DNA of 63,767 nt, filler included, from 6 parts of 6 records of this genome joined end to end with filler, not necessarily neighbours in it; one strand, 5' to 3'. Shown: positions 48,470-58,775, numbered from the whole stretch's first letter. The notes: generated from the sequence alone by a model not told the origin. Numbers and translations: made by a program.

Positions 48470-50236
48470 TTATTTGAATTGGCCGGAGGGACGATTACTC
48501 GCGACCCGGGATTTCCTGATGGACCGGAACTCATCAAGTAACATGACCAATTGTTGGTACAGTTTTTTGATTTCGCGTCCATAGGGTGAGAGTTTTTTTT
48601 CGTCAACATTCACATATTTTCTGCGGAGATAGGCGTCAGAAATAACATCGTTGCCTATGATAAGCACCTTTACAACTAGTTTGTCGAAATAATTGACAAT
48701 TTCGAATTTCAATTCATTGAGTATATCCGTCATTAAAATGAGCATTTGGTGATAGGAAATAGGTTCTCCCTTGTACTTTCTGTAGCGGAGATCCTCAAGT
48801 ATGCGAACCTTGCGCGCTTGCTGAATCTGGCCGTATCTCGCCCAGACTTCCTGATGCAGTGCGTAATTTTCATTAAAAACTTCGTAATTGTCCGGGGCCA
48901 ACAGGTATCCGTCGAGCACGCGGACTATTTGTGAGTAATAGTCATCCGAGTAATCCACGATGCGGTGCATATGTTTGGAGAGCCACATATAGAGCACTTT
49001 AAGTCGCTTCTCGTGGGTGTCAGTATCCGAAATGATTTCGCTTCGTTTGTAGTTCACAGGGATGCGATATTCTCCTCGTACGATGTCGTTGAGGCGAAGG
49101 ATCATGTTACGGACATTTTGAATGATATTCAGACTGTCGTTCACTCGTCCCGTAATGGGATGAATGATTTCCTGTTTGAGAACCGACAGAGCGCGAGCTT
49201 CCCGAACGTTCTTAGGGCTGTAATCATGCTGTTGGTATGTGACGCGTAGTATGACAACACGTTTTTTGTCATCGACAAAGAAACCCTGATCTTTGAGCAG
49301 CTCAATGAGATCTTTTTGGTTCTCATGAATTTGAACAAGGGCTGTCTTTTCAATCCTTGGATATTTCAGGAGTTTTTTTGGCGTACCGGGAGGCGGAGAC
49401 ATCATTGTCGTAATGGTCCGATCGCTTTGACCAAGTACGCGCACTATGAAACGTTCATTTTGGCGTAAAAGGCGAATGGCAAACATTGCCGAGGAGGTGC
49501 GTCGTTCCGAGACAATGGGGAATCCGTGTAACTCCATCATGAATTGATAAACGAATAAACGGTTACATTCGTACATCAAGTTGTTGCCGGGTTTGAATTT
49601 TCCGATTCTTAGGCCGAACTGTTTAAGTTCGCTATCTAGATTGGACGGCAAAGATGCATACATTCCTTGCAGGGTGAATTTGCCGGAACTGTCATGGGCT
49701 ATGACATGGGCACGTTCCAGTTCAAGCAGGAGTGGGAGCATCTTTGAATATGCTTCGATAGAACAAATGTCTTTACCGTCAAATTCTTCGAGAAATTCAG
49801 CGTGGTATCTTTTGGGAAGACGGCTTTGGAAAGTGCGTATGTTGCTTGCGATGACATTTTCTTCAATGGTACAATTGTCCTGAAGTTGCATTTCTTCCCA
49901 ATCGGACAATGAGTGTAAAGCGTCATACTGAAAAATTTCCTGAAATGAATTGAGCTGGCGTTCAAACGCAACCATGGAAAACCCGGGAAGAGCCTTGTAT
50001 TCGTAAAGGTCGAGTTCAAAAGAAGGAAGAAGTTCTCGGGCTTGGACGAGTGGGTAGTCCTTTACTTCAAAATATGGTTTGAGAAGGCAATACTTTATGT
50101 GCTTGAAGTCGATGAATTGCTTCAGTTCTTCAAGAGTTTTCAGCACATGCTGATTCGTTTTTTCTTCACCGGATTCCTGAAAATCAGGTGCTTTGCTAAA
50201 TGCTTTTTCCCACATCAAGAGTTGTCCCAAAATCAA
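48470..50236 (-). CDS. Hypothetical protein (588 aa)
   Basis: Long ORF in a housekeeping context; no recognisable motif; start uncertain. Confidence 0.8.
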   Translation of the reverse strand: MILGQLLMWEKAFSKAPDFQESGEEKTNQHVLKTLEELKQFIDFKHIKYCLLKPYFEVKDYPLVQARELLPSFELDLYEYKALPGFSMVAFERQLNSFQEIFQYDALHSLSDWEEMQLQDNCTIEENVIASNIRTFQSRLPKRYHAEFLEEFDGKDICSIEAYSKMLPLLLELERAHVIAHDSSGKFTLQGMYASLPSNLDSELKQFGLRIGKFKPGNNLMYECNRLFVYQFMMELHGFPIVSERRTSSAMFAIRLLRQNERFIVRVLGQSDRTITTMMSPPPGTPKKLLKYPRIEKTALVQIHENQKDLIELLKDQGFFVDDKKRVVILRVTYQQHDYSPKNVREARALSVLKQEIIHPITGRVNDSLNIIQNVRNMILRLNDIVRGEYRIPVNYKRSEIISDTDTHEKRLKVLYMWLSKHMHRIVDYSDDYYSQIVRVLDGYLLAPDNYEVFNENYALHQEVWARYGQIQQARKVRILEDLRYRKYKGEPISYHQMLILMTDILNELKFEIVNYFDKLVVKVLIIGNDVISDAYLRRKYVNVDEKKLSPYGREIKKLYQQLVMLLDEFRSIRKSRVASNRPSGQFK

Positions 50237-50495
50237 CGATTTATTACAAATATATCATATTCAAATAATTATCTCTTGTTCATATACATATATTAGCTGA
50301 AATACAATGGTTTAGGAGTATGGTTCCAGCTCTTTCAAGGGCTTGCGTCATGGGAGCCTCTTTGAGTTGTTTCTGTTCAATTCAGGTGAAACAATTGTCC
50401 TGAATAATTGACATTCTCTGAGGGTTTCGTTACTGTGCTTCGGCTTTTGAGGGAGTCTGAATGGGGTCAGGCTTAGTGAAGAAACGAGGCGAGAA

Positions 50496-50699
50496 ATGAA
50501 AAAGAAAGATCAGTGTCCCAGGGCGAAAATAAACGAAAAATATTGTACATGTACGGCAGCATGCGACAAACATGGGCTTTGTTGCGAGTGTCTGCATTAC
50601 CACCGGCAGCGTGGTGAACTGCCTGCTTGTTATTTTACAGCTGAAGAGGAGCGGACGTTTAATCGGTCTGTGGAATTCTTTATTCAGCGGAGGGCATAA
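50496..50699 (+). CDS. Small Cys-rich protein (DUF6485-like)
   Basis: CTCT..CDKHGLCCECLHYH...LPACYF. Confidence 0.75.
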   Translation: MKKKDQCPRAKINEKYCTCTAACDKHGLCCECLHYHRQRGELPACYFTAEEERTFNRSVEFFIQRRA

Positions 50700-50768
50700 T
50701 TATACCAATCGTTGGCAAGGAGTCGGGCGGAGGTGCCTTGCTCCTTTTTTAGAAAGTGCCTGAGGGTG

Positions 50769-51308
50769 TTACATGTTCGTCATTAGGCCCGTTTCCCAGA
50801 GGATAACAAGGTTGGGAGTTAGTAATTCTTTGAATTCTTTGACAAGACAGGTCATTTCTTCCAGAGAATAATAAAATCCTTCAGAGACTTCATCCGTGTT
50901 AGGGGTGATCGGGTGTATGTTTTTGGGAACAGTGTAGAGTGTGACGTGTTCAAATCCGGTTTCTGGTCCGGCTGGAATTTCCATCCAAAAATGAAGATGT
51001 TCGACTTCCAGATTCAATTCATCTTTGAGTGCGCGTAGCCCTGCGTCATAGTTGGATTCTCCCGCTCGTGGGTGGGTGCGGGCAGAAATGTCCCATCGAC
51101 CGGGGAAGAACTGTTTGTTATTGTTTCTTTTTTGGAGAAAAATTTTCCCGTCTGGGTTCAATACGATGACTTGTACTGAACGGTGTACCAGTAATTGTCG
51201 GTGTACTGTTGTTTTAGAAAGAACGGCTAAAGGACGATTCTTCCCGTCAACAACTTCTATCGGTTGGTTGTCTTGGGTCGGTTCCAGTGGTTTTTTATTG
51301 AAAATCAT
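50769..51308 (-). CDS. NUDIX hydrolase (IDI-like/YfcD)
   Basis: VHRQLLVHRSV, LQKR..K.FFPGRWD, degenerate Nudix box GESNYDAGLRALKDEL. Confidence 0.85.
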   Translation of the reverse strand: MIFNKKPLEPTQDNQPIEVVDGKNRPLAVLSKTTVHRQLLVHRSVQVIVLNPDGKIFLQKRNNNKQFFPGRWDISARTHPRAGESNYDAGLRALKDELNLEVEHLHFWMEIPAGPETGFEHVTLYTVPKNIHPITPNTDEVSEGFYYSLEEMTCLVKEFKELLTPNLVILWETGLMTNM

Positions 51309-51405
51309 ATCGTTGGTTCCAATCTTCTTTGATTTGCCATTTAACCCCGTATACACTTGATGTTTCCATTTTTCCAGTGTTCAAAAAAGGTCGATGAGGT
51401 AAGGA

Positions 51406-51861
51406 ATGTGTGAAAAGGTAGTTGTCGTGCTGGGCGAAGAGGATGTCCAGGATCTAATCGATCTGGAGGCTCAGTGTTTTGAGTATCACTGGACTCGTGA
51501 ACAATTCCTTCTTGGCTTATCCCAAAAGGCCTTCAGAGTTTTTGGTGTACGATCTGAAGAAGTACTTGCCGGATACATCGCCTTTTCGTTGATTGAAGAT
51601 GAAATGGAGATTCTTAATTTGGCCATTCGCCCCGAATTTAGAAGACATGGGTTGGCTGCGCTATTACTGGCAGATAGTTTCAGGGTGTGTGAAGAGAACA
51701 ACATCAAAAAGAGTTTTTTGGATGTCAAAGTATCTAATGAGCCAGCCTTGTCACTTTATAGGAAATTCGGATACAAAAAGATTGGTGTCAGAAAAAAATA
51801 CTACCCCGACACCAAGGAAGATGCATTGCTTTTTAGGTATGATTTCCCCCAAAAAGACTGA
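51406..51861 (+). CDS. rimI: Ribosomal-protein alanine N-acetyltransferase
   Basis: ILNLAIRPEFRRHGLA, SNEPALSLYRKFGY..G.RKKYY..EDA. Confidence 0.92.
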   Translation: MCEKVVVVLGEEDVQDLIDLEAQCFEYHWTREQFLLGLSQKAFRVFGVRSEEVLAGYIAFSLIEDEMEILNLAIRPEFRRHGLAALLLADSFRVCEENNIKKSFLDVKVSNEPALSLYRKFGYKKIGVRKKYYPDTKEDALLFRYDFPQKD

Positions 51862-51881
51862 CCTGATAAACGAGGATAGAG

Positions 51882-53084
51882 ATGCTTTTTATTGATCAAG
51901 TTGATATTGTAGGAAAAAAATTGCTTTTTCGCGTAGACTTCAATGTTCCTCTTGAAAATGGTGTAATTACTGACGATAACCGTATTCAGGCGGCCATTCC
52001 AACTCTTAAATATGCCTTGGACAAAGGAGTTTCGATTATCCTTTGTGCGCATCTTGGGAAACCTAAGGGAAAGGTTGTACCGGAGTTGTCTCTAGCTCCC
52101 GTAGCAAAGCGAACAAGTGAACTTCTTGGAGTAGATGTAGAGCTTGTGCCTGGGCTGTTAAGTAGTCAGGCTGGAGAAAAGGCGGCTGCACTCAAGCCTG
52201 GCCAGGCGATTATGCTGGACAATCTCCGGTATAATCCTGAAGAAACGGGAAAGACGGCGGCTGAGCGGGGCGATTTTGGTCAAAGACTTGCTTCTCTTGC
52301 GGATATTTATGTCAATGATGCTTTTGGTGTTGCCCATCGAGAAAATGCTTCTGTTGTGGATATTCCCAAGTTTGCTTCAGTGAGTTGTGGCGGGTTCCTT
52401 TTGAAAAAGGAACAGGAATTTCTTGGAGATGCTTTGCAAAATCCAAAACGTCCATATGTTTGTGTTTCAGGTGGAGCCAAGGTATCCACTAAATTGGGAA
52501 TTTTGACTAATCTGCTTGGTAAGGTCGACGACATCATTATTGGTGGTGCCATGGCCAACACTTTTATGCTCGCCAAGGGCTATGAAGTCGGTAATTCCCT
52601 TGTTGAAACAGAATTGGTGGAGGACGCCCGTTCCATCATGGATAAGGCCGAGTCCATGGGGTCAAAGCTTCATTTGCCTATTGATTATATTTATGCCAGC
52701 TCGCATGATGCGGTCGAAGCTGGTGGTATTTGTGCCGCTAATGAGATTCCCTCTGATTCCATGGTGTTGGATATCGGGCCGGAAACCGTTAAGTCCTTTG
52801 TCGCTGTTCTTGGTCGATCCAAGACTATTGTTTGGAACGGGCCTATGGGGTTGTTTGAAACACCTGCTTTTGCCAAAGGGTCTCTGGCTGTTTGTGAAGC
52901 CATAGCCAACATTGATGATGCGCTCAGTATTGTCGGAGGTGGAGATACGGATGCCGTTGTTCATTTGATGCACCTAGCTGACAAATTTAGTTTCATTTCA
53001 ACCGGAGGCGGTTCGTTCCTTGAATTTCTTGAAGGCAAGGAATTACCTGCTTTTACTGCATTAAAGGAGGGCTTGAATTCATGA
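51882..53084 (+). CDS. pgk: Phosphoglycerate kinase
   Basis: RVDFNVP, NDAFGVAHR, GGAKVS, WNGPMG, STGGGSFLEFLEG. Confidence 0.98.
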   Translation: MLFIDQVDIVGKKLLFRVDFNVPLENGVITDDNRIQAAIPTLKYALDKGVSIILCAHLGKPKGKVVPELSLAPVAKRTSELLGVDVELVPGLLSSQAGEKAAALKPGQAIMLDNLRYNPEETGKTAAERGDFGQRLASLADIYVNDAFGVAHRENASVVDIPKFASVSCGGFLLKKEQEFLGDALQNPKRPYVCVSGGAKVSTKLGILTNLLGKVDDIIIGGAMANTFMLAKGYEVGNSLVETELVEDARSIMDKAESMGSKLHLPIDYIYASSHDAVEAGGICAANEIPSDSMVLDIGPETVKSFVAVLGRSKTIVWNGPMGLFETPAFAKGSLAVCEAIANIDDALSIVGGGDTDAVVHLMHLADKFSFISTGGGSFLEFLEGKELPAFTALKEGLNS

Positions 53085-53836
53085 AGAAACTCATGGCTGC
53101 CAATTGGAAGATGTACAAGACCTGCGATGAAGCCAAAGCTACGGCTGAGGCGTTGATCAAACTCGCGGCTGCTACTTTGCCAGCTGATCGAGAGGTGCTT
53201 GTTTTTCCGCCCTTTACCGCATTGAAAAGCGTGGCAGATGCTTTGGCCTGGCAGGAAGGCTTTTTTGCTGGTGGACAAGATTACTATATAGAAGAAGAGG
53301 GCGCTTTTACTGGAGAGATATCTCCGAAAATGTTGCTGGATGCTGGGGCTGCATATGGACTGACGGGACATTCTGAGCGTCGACATGTTCTTGGCGAGGA
53401 TGATTCGTATATCGGCCAAAAGACAGCCTATGGGCTTGCCAGTGGCCTTAAAGTCATTCTGTGCGTCGGAGAGAAGATCGACGAGAGAAAGGGTGGTCAG
53501 GTAGAAGAGGTTCTTGAGCGACAAATTCGTGTTGGACTAAAAGATGTTCCAACAGATGTTGCTCCGGATCGATTGAGTATAGCCTATGAACCCGTGTGGG
53601 CGATTGGTACAGGAGAAGTGGCTGGACCTGAAGAAATTTCAGCAGCTCACGGATTTGTTCGGAAAATCCTTATTTCTATTTTTGGAAATAATGCTAATGA
53701 AATGAGGTTGTTATACGGAGGTAGCGTCAAGCCGGGCAATTGTGCTGAGATTATTGCGCTTGACAATGTCGACGGAGTGTTGGTAGGAGGCGCGAGCTTA
53801 GACGGCGAAAGCTTCAGTCAGATTGTTTTGGCCTGA
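53081..53836 (+). CDS. tpiA: Triosephosphate isomerase
   Basis: ANWKM, GHSERR, AYEPVWAIGTG, YGGSV, LVGGASL. Confidence 0.98.
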   Translation: MKKLMAANWKMYKTCDEAKATAEALIKLAAATLPADREVLVFPPFTALKSVADALAWQEGFFAGGQDYYIEEEGAFTGEISPKMLLDAGAAYGLTGHSERRHVLGEDDSYIGQKTAYGLASGLKVILCVGEKIDERKGGQVEEVLERQIRVGLKDVPTDVAPDRLSIAYEPVWAIGTGEVAGPEEISAAHGFVRKILISIFGNNANEMRLLYGGSVKPGNCAEIIALDNVDGVLVGGASLDGESFSQIVLA

Positions 53837-53876
53837 TTTAGCGCTTGTTAATGTGGAATAAGAGAAGGATATAATT

Positions 53877-54218
53877 GTGGATACCTTGGTCATAGTCATT
53901 CATGTTTTGGCTTGCATCTTTTTGATCGGTGCAGTAATGCTGCAGTCCGGCCACGAGGGGATGGGAGTCATCTTCGGCGGCGGAAGCAGTTCAATGTTCG
54001 GTAGCTCCGGTGCAGGCGGCCTCCTGGTGAAAGTCACCGCGGGCCTGGCAACGGTTTTCTTGATCACCTCTCTTGGGTACAATATCCTGAGTGGTAACAA
54101 AGTAGCCGATCAAGACTCCATCATGTTGCAAAGCAACACGGTAGAGACAACTGCTCCGGCAGAGCCGGCCAAGCCGGGTATTACATTCCAGGATTCTGGA
54201 GACGCCAAGAGCGAATAG
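53877..54218 (+). CDS. secG: Preprotein translocase subunit SecG
   Basis: Two TMs, LQSG..GMG..FGGG; follows tpiA. Confidence 0.95.
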   Translation: MDTLVIVIHVLACIFLIGAVMLQSGHEGMGVIFGGGSSSMFGSSGAGGLLVKVTAGLATVFLITSLGYNILSGNKVADQDSIMLQSNTVETTAPAEPAKPGITFQDSGDAKSE

Positions 54219-54235
54219 CTCAAAGCATATATAGT

Positions 54236-54263
54236 GCCGAGGTGGTGGAATTGGTAGACACGC
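54236..54263 (+). tRNA. tRNA 5' fragment, probably tRNA-Leu (cut by the contig end)
   Basis: GCCGAGGTGGTGGAATTGGTAGACACGC acceptor and D-arm; conserved secG-tRNA-Leu synteny; anticodon not visible. Confidence 0.85.
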
Positions 54264-54363
54264 NNNNNNNNNNNNNNNNNNNNNNNNNNNNNNNNNNNNN
54301 NNNNNNNTTAATTAATTAANNNNNNNNNNNNNNNNNNNNNNNNNNNNNNNNNNNNNNNNNNNN
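54264..54363. other. Artificial contig linker
   Basis: N-run/TTAATTAATTAA/N-run. Confidence 0.99.
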
Positions 54364-54567
54364 AAATTCAAAGTAAAAGGGCCGCCTGTCATTGGGAATG
54401 GATGCGATGGCTGTGGCGATCTCAGGCGTCGGCGACCCCGGGTAGGATGACACGACCCGGGTGCCGGACTCCACCATGGCCCTCACAAGGGCGGTATTGC
54501 CCATGACGATCTCTTCAAAAGGCTCCCTGCGAAGCAGCATCTCACCCATCTGTTTCATGGCATTCAC
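54364..54567 (-). CDS. Indolepyruvate:ferredoxin oxidoreductase alpha-like, N-terminus (truncated)
   Basis: MGNTALVRAMVE..VVSSYPGSPTPEI. Confidence 0.8.
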
Positions 54568-54610
54568 CCCACTTACAGGATAAGATTGTTTTATTTTGAC
54601 ATGTCAATCA

Positions 54611-54652
54611 TCATGGTTCCCTTTGGGCCAAACCGGCCCAAGGGAACCATGA
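54611..54652. terminator. Hairpin downstream of the DVU0772-like gene
   Basis: TCATGGTTCCCTT(T)GGGCC-AAACC-GGCCCAAGGGAACCATGA. Confidence 0.7.
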
Positions 54653-54660
54653 ATATTATA

Positions 54661-55014
54661 TCAGGCGGCAAGCTCCTTCCTGAGCCAGTCCCTAACCTCG
54701 CCTTCAACCGCATATACCCCCTGATGTTTCCCCTGGGAGTTGATCACCTTTTGTTCGAGGTTCCTGGGAAGCCGGAAAGTTGCAAGCTCTTCGGAATCAA
54801 ATCCCTTCCGCCGCACCAGGGTAATGATGGGCGTCTTTTTCCAGGTGTTGAGCACAAAATAGACTGTCTCGTTATCGTTATCCCTGGAGTTGTAGTAGGA
54901 CAGATCCCGTAACGGTCCCCACTCAAGGTGAAGGGCGATGGCCTCTTCAGGTGTCATGTTCCAGTCAACGGAATTGATGATATCCAGGTTCTTTTTTATA
55001 TCGTTGAGATTCAT
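54661..55014 (-). CDS. DVU0772-family protein
   Basis: VDWNMTPEEAIALHLEWG, YFVLNTW, VRDWLRKEL; GGAGG RBS. Confidence 0.8.
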   Translation of the reverse strand: MNLNDIKKNLDIINSVDWNMTPEEAIALHLEWGPLRDLSYYNSRDNDNETVYFVLNTWKKTPIITLVRRKGFDSEELATFRLPRNLEQKVINSQGKHQGVYAVEGEVRDWLRKELAA

Positions 55015-55056
55015 TAGGCTCCTCCAATTAATGATTAATCCAACGACAACAAATAC

Positions 55057-55072
55057 AGCAACTTCCATGCCA
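55057..55072 (-). promoter_or_regulatory. Sigma54 promoter
   Basis: Minus strand TGGCAT-GGAAG-TTGCT, 43 nt upstream of ATG 55014. Confidence 0.8.
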
Positions 55073-55205
55073 CCCTAAAGAACCGTAAAAAAACCAGTGT
55101 TTTTTCAACGCCTTAACAGAAACAACTTCCTAAACAAAGGGCACAGGAGACAGGGCAAGTGTCCGCAGCCGAACACTTGTGCATCATAATAATACAAAAA
55201 GTGTC

Positions 55206-56177
55206 TCATTCAATCTTGGTACCGGCGTGCTTCTCCACCTGCTGGATGATCCACAACCCGATATCAAGGCCCGGCTCCAGCTCTTCCATGGGAATCTCGA
55301 CCCGGGCCATGGACTTGTGCCCCCCGGCGGCCCCAAGGGCTTCAAAGGCCTGCTTGGCCGTGGTGCCCGCATTTTTACGAAGGCCGTCATTGCGAAGGAT
55401 GATAATCAGGGTTGAGTTGTACACCCCCGAGACAATACTCCAGTTGACCGAAGAGATCCGCATGAAAAAATCCGCGGTGATCACGCACTGGTCGGGATTG
55501 GAGATCTTGCCGGTATGGGCATAGACCCGGTTGTGGAGGATGGTCCGGCTCCGTATGGCCGCGGCCAGGGCCTCCAGATGCTCCTCTCCCAGCTCAGCCT
55601 GCTCGATCCGGGTGAGCAGATGGATGTTGGCAAACCGGTAGAGGTATTGAAAGGCCTTTACATCCTCGAGGCCCGCCTGGCGCAGGAATCCCGATGTGTC
55701 GGTCTTGATGCCGAGTAGCAGGGCCGTGGCAAGCTTTGCCGACGGCTTGACCCCTGCGGCCTTGAGGTATTCGGTCATCATGGTGGAACAGGCCCCGTAT
55801 CCCTGGCGGATATCGTTGAACCGTCCCACATCGCAGGTGAGGGGATGGTGATCGATGACGGCATCATAACGGAACATGGCAAAACACTCGTGGTGATCGG
55901 GCTGGGAGTCCACCACCACAAAGGAGTTGAAATTGCGGTCATCGATCCTGGCCAGGGGCACAAGGCCCGCGTCCAGGAGCCGGACCATGGCGATGTTGTC
56001 CGGGCGGCTGATCTCGTTGAAATAGGTGATGGCCACCTCGCTCACCTTGCGCCAGAGCAGGCGTTTTACGGCCATGGCACTGGCAATGGAATCCGGGTCG
56101 GCATTGATGACGATGAGCACCCTGCTCTCCCCTGAAAAGCAGGCCAGCAATTTTTCAAGTCTCTGTATATTACTCAT
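55206..56177 (-). CDS. DHH-family phosphoesterase
   Basis: ADPDSIASA, VVDSQ, IDHHP, GIKTDT, AGGH. Confidence 0.93.
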   Translation of the reverse strand: MSNIQRLEKLLACFSGESRVLIVINADPDSIASAMAVKRLLWRKVSEVAITYFNEISRPDNIAMVRLLDAGLVPLARIDDRNFNSFVVVDSQPDHHECFAMFRYDAVIDHHPLTCDVGRFNDIRQGYGACSTMMTEYLKAAGVKPSAKLATALLLGIKTDTSGFLRQAGLEDVKAFQYLYRFANIHLLTRIEQAELGEEHLEALAAAIRSRTILHNRVYAHTGKISNPDQCVITADFFMRISSVNWSIVSGVYNSTLIIILRNDGLRKNAGTTAKQAFEALGAAGGHKSMARVEIPMEELEPGLDIGLWIIQQVEKHAGTKIE

Positions 56178-57270
56178 GGCGCCCCCCGCCGTTACGGCTG
56201 AAAAAAAGAACAAGCACAATGAAAATATAACCAGCCACCCCAAGAATCGCAAACACCGGATAAAAAGTTCCCAGGGGAGCCAGCACCAAGGCGGTGAGCC
56301 AATGGACCGATATCACCACTCCCGAATGGAGACTGATGGGGAAATCCCGGTACCGGCAGATCACGGCAAGGCCGCAGAGGTTCCACCCGTACAGGGAAGC
56401 AAAGGTATGGAGCCGCAACAGCCATTTTGTCTGTTCCGGATCATACCCGGGGTCCATCTGGAGCAGGATGTAGGCAATGCCGGACACGGCCGTGACCAGG
56501 AGGAAACCGATTCCCGAGGAGAGGAACTGCTTTTGCTGGAGCCGCTGACCGAGCCGGCCATAGAGGATCAGGACCGTGACAACCGCGGCAAACAGTGTGA
56601 GGGTGACGGCCAGCTGGGGATAAAACCGCTCCAGGAGAATGAAGATGAAAAAGGTGATCACCCCCAGGTTGATCACCCAGAAACAGACCATGGAAAGGAT
56701 GCCCACCACCGAATATCCGTTCTGGCGTATCATGGAGAAGATCACCGACAGGGTAATCAGGGAGAGGGGAAAGGAGAACCCCAGGAAAAAGGTGTTCAGC
56801 ACCAGCTTCTCCATGTGAACCCAATGGAGATATTCGTTATTGACAATGACCAGGGAGGAGAAAACAAGGCCAATGGAGAGGCACAGGAGGGAGGCCTGGT
56901 GGAACTTTGCCGACACCGTCTCGGTCATGGAGAAAAAATTGCTGGGAAAGAAGGAAAAGCTCTCCACCCGGACCGACTCGACAATCCCGGCAAGGACAAG
57001 GGAGAGAAGAATCGTCAAGGGATAAAGTTCCAGAAAGGCGGACAGGGCATAAACCAGGGAAAACACGAGAAAAGCCCCGGTTCGGACGGACAGGCGGTCC
57101 CGGTTTTCGGAAAACAGAAGCAGGATGGTTCCGCCGGAACAGAGGTTGAAGAGAAAGATGTGAAGCCGCTCAAAGTCAAGGGTTTCAAGGGGGAAATAGA
57201 TGTCGGCAAACCCGAAGCACAGGGCCGTGATCATCATGGAGGCAAAGAAGATTTTCAACGTTTTAGACAT
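56170..57270 (-). CDS. Polytopic membrane protein of unknown function
   Basis: About 12 hydrophobic segments; FERLHIFLFNL; overlaps both neighbours. Confidence 0.85.
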   Translation of the reverse strand: MSKTLKIFFASMMITALCFGFADIYFPLETLDFERLHIFLFNLCSGGTILLLFSENRDRLSVRTGAFLVFSLVYALSAFLELYPLTILLSLVLAGIVESVRVESFSFFPSNFFSMTETVSAKFHQASLLCLSIGLVFSSLVIVNNEYLHWVHMEKLVLNTFFLGFSFPLSLITLSVIFSMIRQNGYSVVGILSMVCFWVINLGVITFFIFILLERFYPQLAVTLTLFAAVVTVLILYGRLGQRLQQKQFLSSGIGFLLVTAVSGIAYILLQMDPGYDPEQTKWLLRLHTFASLYGWNLCGLAVICRYRDFPISLHSGVVISVHWLTALVLAPLGTFYPVFAILGVAGYIFIVLVLFFSRNGGGRHE

Positions 57271-58669
57271 GGAGGAAATCCTTTCCGAAAGAGTCGTCAA
57301 CAGGGCGTCCAAGGGTAAAAGCAAGGGAATCGGTAAGATCGGGAAAACTGAACCTGAAACCCGAGGCCAGCAGTTTTTCCGGCACGGCCCGGGTGCTTGC
57401 CAGCAGCACCTCCTCCCCCATGGCCCCCCCGAGGAGGCGGATGGCGCGGGCCGGAAGCGTCAGGCCGGCACGGGTGGAGAGCACCCCGGCAAGGGTGCGG
57501 GTAAAGGCGCGGTTGGTCACGGGATTGGGGGAGACAAGGTTTACAGGGCCTTGAATCCCCGGGGTGTTGATCAAGTGGTAGAGGCCATAGACGAGATCGT
57601 CCATGGAGATCCAGCCCATGTACTGGTCTCCGTTCCCGATCTGTCCGCCAAGCCCCAGATGAAAAAAAGGCAATACGTTTGCCAGGGCCCCGCCCCTGGG
57701 GGTGAGGGCCACGCCGATCCGGGCAATCACTGTCCGGATACCGGCCTCCCTGGCCGGGCCGGCCGCCGCTTCCCATTGGGAACAAACGTTGGAGATAAAG
57801 AGCGATCCCGGGGCATCCCGTTCGGTCAACACCCGGCTGCCCCCCTCCCCGTACACCCCGGTTGCCGAGGCCGATATGAACACCTTTGGGGGGCGGGCAA
57901 GGGCCGCCAGGGCCCGGGCAAGGATGCGGGTGGGATCGACCCTGCTCCGGAGGATCTTTTCCCTTTGGGTCCGGGTCCAGGGACTCCCGAGGATCCGGCT
58001 GCCGTTGAGGTTGATCACGGCATCGATGGGCCCGGCACCCGTCAGATCCAGCGTGCCCCGGGCCGGGTCCCAGCACACCTCATCCCTGCCGGGCCGGGGA
58101 GGCCGGCGGACCAGGCGGATGACCCGATGACCGCCGGTGGTGAGAAACGGCACCAAGGCCGAGCCAACCACACCGCCCGCCCCTGAGACCAGGATGGTCA
58201 AGGGAGCGGGCACCTCCCTGTGGCGATGGATATCCTCCCGGGTGATGTGATGGCGGTAGGCGAACATCCGCTCTATCTGGCGGGCGGCAAAGGGTTTCAA
58301 CGGCCCGGAAAAGTATGGGGGCAACCGGTACGCCACTCGGTCCTCCAGGGTTGAGCCGTCGTTTTCACAGGGGATAAAGGTATGGGTATGGGTCCATTGG
58401 GAGAACGGCCCCCTGACGAGCCGGTCCCTGAACATGGCGGGAGGATCATAGGCCATGTGTTCCGCCTCCATGGAAACGGGCATCCCCAGAAGGGAGAGGG
58501 TCACCCTGACCCTGGAGCCGGGCAGGAGTCCCCGGGTGGCGGCGGCCGACTTGAGGGGCAGCCAGGGAGGGGTCAGCCGCTCCAGGGCGCCGGGCCGTTC
58601 ATGCCAGGCAAAAAGCGCTTCCGCTGAATCGTTGATGCGGGACTGTTTGGAATAGATCGTATCTGGCAA
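57263..58669 (-). CDS. SRPBCC + TIGR01777 (YfcH-like) NAD-dependent epimerase fusion
   Basis: FAWHERPGALERLTPPW, GPFSQWTHTH; SGAGGVVG, SASATGVYG, WISMDD. Confidence 0.92.
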   Translation of the reverse strand: MPDTIYSKQSRINDSAEALFAWHERPGALERLTPPWLPLKSAAATRGLLPGSRVRVTLSLLGMPVSMEAEHMAYDPPAMFRDRLVRGPFSQWTHTHTFIPCENDGSTLEDRVAYRLPPYFSGPLKPFAARQIERMFAYRHHITREDIHRHREVPAPLTILVSGAGGVVGSALVPFLTTGGHRVIRLVRRPPRPGRDEVCWDPARGTLDLTGAGPIDAVINLNGSRILGSPWTRTQREKILRSRVDPTRILARALAALARPPKVFISASATGVYGEGGSRVLTERDAPGSLFISNVCSQWEAAAGPAREAGIRTVIARIGVALTPRGGALANVLPFFHLGLGGQIGNGDQYMGWISMDDLVYGLYHLINTPGIQGPVNLVSPNPVTNRAFTRTLAGVLSTRAGLTLPARAIRLLGGAMGEEVLLASTRAVPEKLLASGFRFSFPDLTDSLAFTLGRPVDDSFGKDFLHV

Positions 58670-58759
58670 TGGAGCCTCCCTGAGAACAAAGCAAGTCTAA
58701 AAATTAACTACAGTCTTGGGACTCTTTTTTCAAGCCCCATTGTCTCCCCGGTGTAGGGC

Positions 58760-58775
58760 AGCAATTTTCATGCCT
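58760..58775 (-). promoter_or_regulatory. Possible sigma54 promoter
   Basis: Minus strand AGGCAT-GAAAA-TTGCT upstream of the TIGR01777 gene. Confidence 0.55.

Noticed and set aside
22267-54363. Five identical TTAATTAATTAA motifs flanked by N runs
   Set aside because: Artificial linkers with stops in all frames; not a biological repeat or CRISPR. Associations across them (e.g. riboswitch-like RNA with gcvT, flagellin with T6SS) are invalid
56026-58186. 430-aa and 328-aa plus-strand ORFs
   Set aside because: Antisense shadows of the membrane protein and TIGR01777 genes
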